From the NCBI GenBank assembly GCA_964461665.1, contig CAYXAS010000002.1, forward strand, positions 5,400 to 69,399: a DNA stretch of 64,000 nucleotides. Reading direction: 5' to 3'. The position numbers were made by a program, and so were the translations under genes. Below the pieces are notes generated by a model that had not been told where the DNA came from, did not search any database, and saw only the letters and a list, made by a program, of their open reading frames with translations. The stretch comes from an uncultured Gaiellales bacterium. Lineage in GTDB: Bacteria; Actinomycetota; Thermoleophilia; Gaiellales; Gaiellaceae. How positions within the stretch are numbered: the first letter of the stretch is position 1; the number at the start of each line of letters is the position of its first letter. This document shows positions 57,004 through 64,000 of the stretch, in pieces.

Positions 57004-57615
57004 GTGTTCAGAGCGAGAGCGGAACGGAAGGTCACGGAAGCCGGGTACGACCCGGCGCGGCTCCCGCCCGGGCAGTACCTGACCGACACATGGCCCGTCC
57101 TCCATGCCGGTGAGGTTCCGGTGTACTCGCCGGGACTCGCAGGTTGGGACTTCCGCGTGTTCGGCGAGGTCGAGCAGCCACTCCAGGTGGACCGCAAGGG
57201 GTTCCTCGGCCTACCGCAGACAACGCTCACGCAGGACATCCACTGCGTCACCCGCTGGAGCCGCTTCGACGCGGAGTTCACGGGGGTCGCGTGGCCGACA
57301 CTCGCGGCACTCGTGCGGCCCCTCCCGAGTGCGCGGTTCGTGATCGCACACTGCGAGGCCGGGTTCACCGCAAACGTGCCGCTCGCGGCGCTCGACCAGG
57401 AAGGCGCGCTCGTCGCGACCCACGCCGACGGCGAGCCCCTCTCACCCGAGCACGGCTGGCCGCTCCGGCTGATCGTCCCCGGGGTCTATTTCTGGAAGAG
57501 CGCGAAGTGGCTGCGCGCGATTGAGCTCACCGCGGACGACCGGCCCGGTTTCTGGGAGCGGTACGGGTACCACAACGACGCCGACCCCTGGCACGAGGAG
57601 CGGTACGCATTCTGA
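57004..57615 (+). CDS. Sulfite-oxidase-like molybdopterin oxidoreductase domain protein
   Basis: 203-aa ORF with a conserved Moco Cys region (DIHCVTRWS), HGWPLRLIVPG.YFWKSAKW, and C-terminal GFWERYGYH. Confidence 0.85.
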   Translation: MFRARAERKVTEAGYDPARLPPGQYLTDTWPVLHAGEVPVYSPGLAGWDFRVFGEVEQPLQVDRKGFLGLPQTTLTQDIHCVTRWSRFDAEFTGVAWPTLAALVRPLPSARFVIAHCEAGFTANVPLAALDQEGALVATHADGEPLSPEHGWPLRLIVPGVYFWKSAKWLRAIELTADDRPGFWERYGYHNDADPWHEERYAF

Positions 57616-57709
57616 GGTCTCCCGCCGGGCAGTTGACGGATGGCGGCGTAGTCCGCACGCTCGGAGTAGCATCACTAGCGGCAGGGAACTTCGGCGAACG
57701 GGGGGCGTG

Positions 57710-58480
57710 ATGAGGGTTCGAATCGTTCTTGGGGCGGTCGTGGCAGGTGCTCTGATGGCGCTCGCCGGGGTCGCGTCCGCGGGTCACTCGTGGGGCGGAT
57801 ATCACTGGGCGCGCACCGCCAGCCCGTTCACGCTCAAGGTGATCGACGCGAACGGTGCAGCCTGGGATGGCGCGCTTGACCGCGCGATCGCCGACTGGAA
57901 TGCGTCGAGCGTGATGGACGTCACCGAGGAGGCGGGCGCGGAGGACAAGCGCTGTCGCGCGGTGAAGGGGAAGCTCAAGTCGTGCAACGGGAAGTACGGC
58001 CAGAACGGCTGGCTCGGGCTCGCGCAGATCTGGCTCACCGGGAGCCACATCACGCAGGCGACCGCGAAGATGAACGACACGTACTTCGCGATGGCGGCCT
58101 ACAACTCCGCAGTCAAGCGCCAGCACGTGATGTGTCAGGAGATCGGGCACGGGTTCGGGCTCGGACATCAGGACGAGTCGGGCGCTGACCTCGGAACGTG
58201 CATGGACTACGCCTCGGCGCTCGACAACCCGTCGCCCAACGCGCACGACTACGACCAGCTCGTGACGATCTACGGCGGCCACCTCGACTCCACGATCACG
58301 CTGGCGCAGAGCGCCGCGACCCAGGGAGCGACGAAGCCGGTGAAGATCGAGCGTGCAGATGGGCACGGCTACACGGTGATCGTCGAGCACTACAACGACG
58401 GCTCGCGGAGAGTCACGCACGTGTTCTGGGCCGATGACCAGCGGGGCAAGGGTCGCGACCGGCACGTCGAGACCGACTGA
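57710..58480 (+). CDS. Secreted metzincin-like protein with variant zinc motif (QEIGHGFGLGH)
   Basis: Real part of ORF 57521..58480 from ATG 57710. It has a signal peptide (MRVRIVLGAVVAGALMALAGVASA). The motif at 58136-58168 aligns to HExxHxxGxxH with the first His replaced by Gln. A possible Met-turn CMDY follows. Confidence 0.6.
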   Translation: MRVRIVLGAVVAGALMALAGVASAGHSWGGYHWARTASPFTLKVIDANGAAWDGALDRAIADWNASSVMDVTEEAGAEDKRCRAVKGKLKSCNGKYGQNGWLGLAQIWLTGSHITQATAKMNDTYFAMAAYNSAVKRQHVMCQEIGHGFGLGHQDESGADLGTCMDYASALDNPSPNAHDYDQLVTIYGGHLDSTITLAQSAATQGATKPVKIERADGHGYTVIVEHYNDGSRRVTHVFWADDQRGKGRDRHVETD

Positions 58481-58516
58481 GCACGCGGCGTCGCAAGACG
58501 CCTGCCAGGAGAACGA

Positions 58517-58546
58517 CGAAGGGGCGGCCGAGAGGCCGCCCCTTCG
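58517..58546. terminator. 13-bp GC-rich hairpin with GAGA tetraloop between convergent genes (bidirectional terminator candidate)
   Basis: CGAAGGGGCGGCC (58517-58529) / GGCCGCCCCTTCG (58534-58546), read directly. No clear U-tract, which is not unusual for intrinsic terminators in high-GC bacteria. Confidence 0.6.
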
Positions 58547-58572
58547 CGTCGAACCGCGAGCCCTGGGGCTCG

Positions 58573-60533
<1,961 letters not shown>

Positions 60534-60587
60534 GCAATTGCCTCCCTGCTTCGGTGCTTGCCGTGGTATCCGTGGGGGTCGTTCTGC

Positions 60588-60612
60588 TGGCACTCTCCAC
60601 GGTCGAGTGCCG
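60588..60612 (-). promoter_or_regulatory. CIRCE-like HrcA operator (GGCACTC-N9-GAGTGCC) with upstream TATACT -10 box
   Basis: The inverted repeat was read at 60589-60595 / 60605-60611, in the groES 5' region. The reverse strand has TATACT at 60617-60622. Confidence 0.75.
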
Positions 60613-60660
60613 AAGAAGTATAGCACGGCCTCGTAGACCCCGGCGAAGTATGGTGCGGCC

Positions 60661-61023
60661 GTGCCGACCTATGCGCTCAACTTCTACTCGCCGGGCGTGA
60701 TCGACCAGCTCCGCACGGGTCGGAAGACCGCCACGATCCGCCTCGGTGACAAGTCGAGGAAGTATCAGAAGGGGATGGTCGTGGTGGTTCTCGTCGGACT
60801 GCGGTACGGCCAGCGAGAGAAGGTGTTCGAGGCGGTGATTGATCGAGTCGATGTGAAACCGCTCGCAGAACTCTCTCCCCGCGAGATCGAGCACGACAAC
60901 CCGGAGATCAAGCGGCTCGACGACTTCATCACGCTTCTCGGGCGGCTCTACAACCGCGAGGTGACGCCGTCCGACACCGTGACCGTGATCCGCTTCTCGC
61001 AGATCATCGGGACGATGTTCTGA
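60661..61023 (+). CDS. ASCH-domain (PUA-like) protein
   Basis: 120-aa ORF (GTG start) with [13 protein letters not shown]... typical of the ASCH fold. Confidence 0.65.
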   Translation: MPTYALNFYSPGVIDQLRTGRKTATIRLGDKSRKYQKGMVVVVLVGLRYGQREKVFEAVIDRVDVKPLAELSPREIEHDNPEIKRLDDFITLLGRLYNREVTPSDTVTVIRFSQIIGTMF

Positions 61024-61033
61024 CGCTCGCTGG

Positions 61034-61315
61034 CTAGCGGTCAGCGCGGCGGATCGCCCCGCCGAACAACTCGTTCGCCCGGAGCGGCTTCCCACACTCC
61101 TCACAGTCAACCGCGAACACCGAGGGCACGAGCGCGTCGCAGCCCGAGCAGCGATGCCGCATCTCGCCGCCACAGACGTCGCATGCGGTCGGGAGTCGCG
61201 ACTCATCCTCCATGAAGAACCGCTGCGCGTTCCCGCAGCCGAGGCAGAACGACACCCAGTCGCCGAGCGTCTTGCGACGCTCCTCCTGAACCCAGTTCCG
61301 CTTCGGCCGAGCCAC
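61034..61315 (-). CDS. Small double zinc-ribbon protein
   Basis: 93-aa ORF with four CxxC pairs (CLGC, CDVC, CSGC, CEEC). Confidence 0.55.
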   Translation of the reverse strand: MARPKRNWVQEERRKTLGDWVSFCLGCGNAQRFFMEDESRLPTACDVCGGEMRHRCSGCDALVPSVFAVDCEECGKPLRANELFGGAIRRADR

Positions 61316-61336
61316 GCCCTGACGGTAGCGCGGCCG

Positions 61337-61531
61337 CTACCCGCGGTGCGGGTCGATCGTCGCTCGCTGGGAGGCGCGCTCGCGCCCCTCGTTCACCTGG
61401 ACGGCGACCCCGATGGCGGCGATCACAGCGCCGATCGCGAGCGACGGCACCGGTGACGCAGGCCCGATCGCCGCAGCGGCGAGCGGTGCGATCGAGAGGG
61501 CGTACCAGCGATTGGCCATTGCTCTACACAC
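61337..61531 (-). CDS. Possible small membrane protein
   Basis: 64-aa ORF with two hydrophobic segments. Support is weak: small, with no recognisable family. Confidence 0.3.
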   Translation of the reverse strand: MCRAMANRWYALSIAPLAAAAIGPASPVPSLAIGAVIAAIGVAVQVNEGRERASQRATIDPHRG

Positions 61532-61660
61532 GGTACGACCGCCGCGTGAGGACGGCGGGTGCGTCGAGTAAGGGTCCGGTAAGGGTTTGGGCGCGCCGCC
61601 CGAAGACGCCGCCGGGGTGACGGGTTAGAGTGCTCGCGCACCCGGTCTGGAGGTCGGAGG

Positions 61661-62704
61661 ATGGCTGTCAGGGAGGCAGAGCCGGTCGGCTCGCTCCAGG
61701 AGGCGAAGGACGCAGGACTCGATCGCGAGGATCTTCTCGAGGTCTATCGCAACATGTTCCTGACCCGCTCGATCGAGGAGCGCGCCCACATCCTCTACAA
61801 GCAGGGGAAGATCCCCGGCTCGTTCTACACCGGTCGCGGCAACGAAGGGGCGTCGGTCGGAGTCGCGACCGCGATGGGCCCGAACGACGTCGGCACCCCC
61901 ACCCACCGCGGGCTGGGCGTCCACATCACCCGCGGACTCGAACCGTGGCGGATCGTCTCGCAGTACCTTGCGCGCGCCGACGGGCCAAGCGGGGGGCGGG
62001 AAGGGAACCTGCACCTCGGTGACATGCGACTCGGGACGTTGACGCTCGTCAGCCACCTGCCCGCGATGCTCCCCGTCGCGGTTGGCGCGGCGCTCGCATT
62101 CCGGATCCGGGAGGAGCGGCGCGTCGCGGTCACCTGGTTCGGCGACGGATCCGCCGCACGCGGCGACGCGCATGAGGCGATGAACCTCGCCGGCGTGCGC
62201 GGACTGCCCGTCGTTTTTGTGATCGACAACAACCAGTGGGCGTACTCCACCCCGAGCACGCTCGAATACGCGTGCGAGCATCTCGCCGATCGCGCTGCCG
62301 CCTACGGGTTCGACGGCGTGGTGGTGGATGGCACCGACGTCCTCGCGGTCCACCGCGAGGCGAAGCGCGCGATCGAGAAGGCGCGCGAGGGTGGCGGGCC
62401 GACCCTCATCGAGTCCGTCACGCTCCGGATGGAAGGACACGCGGTCCATGACGACGCCTCCTATGTCCCGCGCGAGATGTTCGAGGAGTGGGCGAAGCGC
62501 GATCCGCTCGCGCGATTCCACGCGTGGCTCCGAGACAACGTCGAGTTCACCGACGACGAGGAGGACGAGGTCACCTCCACGGTGAAGCGGCTCGTCAACG
62601 ACGCGGTGGAGCGTGCGGAGGCGTCGCCTTACCCCGACCCAGCAACCCTGCTCGATGGCGTGTTCGCCGACCCCGAGTCGCTCGACACCCCCCACCACCG
62701 GTGA
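61661..62704 (+). CDS. 2-oxoacid (branched-chain/pyruvate) dehydrogenase E1 component alpha subunit
   Basis: 347-aa ORF with a GGAGG Shine-Dalgarno upstream and a TPP-binding region (GDGSAARGDAHEAMNLAG..., VIDNNQWAYSTP). Confidence 0.92.
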   Translation: MAVREAEPVGSLQEAKDAGLDREDLLEVYRNMFLTRSIEERAHILYKQGKIPGSFYTGRGNEGASVGVATAMGPNDVGTPTHRGLGVHITRGLEPWRIVSQYLARADGPSGGREGNLHLGDMRLGTLTLVSHLPAMLPVAVGAALAFRIREERRVAVTWFGDGSAARGDAHEAMNLAGVRGLPVVFVIDNNQWAYSTPSTLEYACEHLADRAAAYGFDGVVVDGTDVLAVHREAKRAIEKAREGGGPTLIESVTLRMEGHAVHDDASYVPREMFEEWAKRDPLARFHAWLRDNVEFTDDEEDEVTSTVKRLVNDAVERAEASPYPDPATLLDGVFADPESLDTPHHR

Positions 62705-63684
62705 GCGCGACCGCGGAGAAGACGTACCTCCAGGCGATCAGCGACGGGCTGCGTCAGGAGATGCGACGTGACGAGCGCGTGTTCCTGCTGGGCGAGGACA
62801 TCGGTGCCTACGGCGGAGCGTTCAAGGTCACGCTCGGCCTGCAGGAGGAGTTCGGCCCGTGGCGCGTGCTCGACATGCCGCTCTCCGAGACGGCGATCGT
62901 CGGCGGTGCGACCGGCGCGGCCCTGATGGGGATGCGCCCCGTCGCCGAGATGCAGTTCGCCGACTTCGTCTCGTGCGCGTGGGATCACCTCGTCACGGTC
63001 GCTGCCAAACAGCACTACCGGGCCGGGACGCCCGTCCCGATCGTCGTCCGGCTGCCGTCCGGCGGCGGATTCTCGGGCGGCCCATTCCACTCGCAGAACC
63101 CAGAGTCGAGCTTCGCCCACATCCCGGGGCTGAAGATCGTCTGTCCGTCGACCCCGGCCGATGCGAAGGGGCTGCTCGCGACGGCGATCGAGGATCCGAA
63201 TCCGGTGCTCTTCTTCGAGCACAAGCACCTCTACCGGCGGATCAAGGGGCCGGTGGCCGAGGAGCGGTACACGATCCCGTTCGGCCAGGCGCGTGTCCAT
63301 CGCGCCGGCGAGCACATCGTCGTCGTCACGTGGGGAGCGATGACACACACCGCCGACGAAGCGGCGGAGCGGCTCGCCGCCGAGGATGTCTCGGTCGAGG
63401 TGCTCGATCTGCGGACGCTGATCCCGTGGGACAGCAAGGCGGTTCTGGCAGCCGTGGAGCGCTGCGGGAAGGTCCTCGTCCTCCACGAGGACACGCGCAC
63501 CGGGGGTTTCGGGGCCGAGATCGCGGCGACGATCGCCGAGCAGGCGTTCGAGCACCTCGACGCACCGGTTCGGCGGCTCGCCGCACCCGACACCCCGGTA
63601 CCGTTCTCGCCGCCGCTCGAGAAGGCGTACATCCCCCAGGTCGAAGATGTCACCGTCGCACTCCGTGAGCTTGCGGCGTACTGA
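62701..63684 (+). CDS. 2-oxoacid dehydrogenase E1 component beta subunit
   Basis: Real part of ORF 62488..63684 from GTG 62701 (GTGA overlap): [36 protein letters not shown]. Confidence 0.92.
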   Translation: MSATAEKTYLQAISDGLRQEMRRDERVFLLGEDIGAYGGAFKVTLGLQEEFGPWRVLDMPLSETAIVGGATGAALMGMRPVAEMQFADFVSCAWDHLVTVAAKQHYRAGTPVPIVVRLPSGGGFSGGPFHSQNPESSFAHIPGLKIVCPSTPADAKGLLATAIEDPNPVLFFEHKHLYRRIKGPVAEERYTIPFGQARVHRAGEHIVVVTWGAMTHTADEAAERLAAEDVSVEVLDLRTLIPWDSKAVLAAVERCGKVLVLHEDTRTGGFGAEIAATIAEQAFEHLDAPVRRLAAPDTPVPFSPPLEKAYIPQVEDVTVALRELAAY

Positions 63685-63706
63685 TGCGAAAGGACGAAGT
63701 CGCGCG

Positions 63707-64000
63707 ATGAGCACCGATTCGCAGATTGATGTCGTGATGCCGCAGATGGGCGTGTCGGTCTCGGAGGGAACGGTCACGCGGTGGCTCAAGCATCCCGGCG
63801 ACACGATCGCCCTGGATGAGCCGCTGCTCGAGATCTCGACCGACAAGGTCGACACCGAGGTTCCGAGCCCCGGCGAGGGCGTGCTCCAGGCGATTCTCGT
63901 CCAGGAGGGAGAGACGGTCGGGGTCGGGAGCGTGCTCGCGACCATCGGTGCCGGTGTCGCATCCGTCGCCGCCTCGGCGCCGGTCGAGGCTGCGGTGACC
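63707..64000 (+). CDS. Dihydrolipoamide acyltransferase E2 component, lipoyl domain (3' end beyond window)
   Basis: Manual translation from ATG 63707: [55 protein letters not shown]..., with the lipoyl-lysine motif TDKV. Confidence 0.9.
   Translation, partial: MSTDSQIDVVMPQMGVSVSEGTVTRWLKHPGDTIALDEPLLEISTDKVDTEVPSPGEGVLQAILVQEGETVGVGSVLATIGAGVASVAASAPVEAAVT

Noticed and set aside
61625-62698. 357-aa minus-strand ORF antisense to the E1 alpha gene
   Set aside because: The E1 alpha gene on the plus strand has TPP-binding motifs and a Shine-Dalgarno. The antisense frame has none.

Overview
This is a 64-kb, very GC-rich (about 70% by eye), gene-dense chromosomal segment from an Actinobacteria-like bacterium. 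A deep lineage such as Thermoleophilia or Rubrobacteria is only a guess. I support about 70 protein genes, one tRNA and a few regulatory or terminator elements. No rRNA, CRISPR array, transposase or integrase was seen. The only DNA-binding protein recognised is the HTH-DUF433 antitoxin-like protein. Layout by coordinate: (1) 1-7.5 kb holds respiration and cofactor genes: ubiX, a Firmicute-style qcrA-qcrB-qcrC b6c complex, a UbiD-family decarboxylase, hemL and hemB. (2) 7.5-16 kb holds mixed housekeeping genes: AI-2E permease, LytM-like protein plus YmdB, GtrA, MFS, DAG-kinase-like, proline-racemase family and enoyl-CoA hydratase. It also holds a short gene absent from the ORF track, because it carries an in-frame TGA inside a CxxU motif (Rdx/SelW-like selenoprotein candidate with a SECIS-like hairpin). 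(3) 16-33.4 kb is a large purine salvage and ureide catabolism supercluster. It contains adenine deaminase, a BMP-type nucleoside ABC transporter chained to a three-subunit xanthine-dehydrogenase-like enzyme, glycerate kinase and a frameshifted allantoate-amidohydrolase-like gene. It also contains an 8-oxoguanine/guanine-deaminase-like amidohydrolase, HIU hydrolase, OHCU decarboxylase, haem-c urate hydroxylase PuuD and a DUF3830 gene. (4) 33.4-41 kb is a lower-GC defence island. It has an orphan PIN-like gene and a type I R-M operon in the unusual order hsdR-hsdS-(HTH-DUF433 / PIN-like toxin-antitoxin pair)-hsdM, all chained by start/stop overlaps. This is my best candidate for an undescribed composite system. 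(5) 41-56 kb holds an MqnA/MqnD-like menaquinone gene, ornithine cyclodeaminase and a hydroxyquinol/3-oxoadipate aromatic degradation cluster with an embedded Liv-type ABC importer. (6) 56-64 kb holds tRNA-Arg with a GCG anticodon, ygfZ, a Moco oxidoreductase, a secreted metzincin-like protein, CIRCE-groES-groEL, small proteins and the start of a 2-oxoacid dehydrogenase operon. Limits: everything rests on reading the sequence and the ORF track by eye, with family assignments from motif recognition and memory. Many start codons were reassigned to GTG/ATG/TTG sites that give 4-nt overlaps with upstream stops and are provisional. Most long ORFs in the track are Arg/Pro/Ala-rich off-frame or antisense artefacts of the GC content and were discarded.
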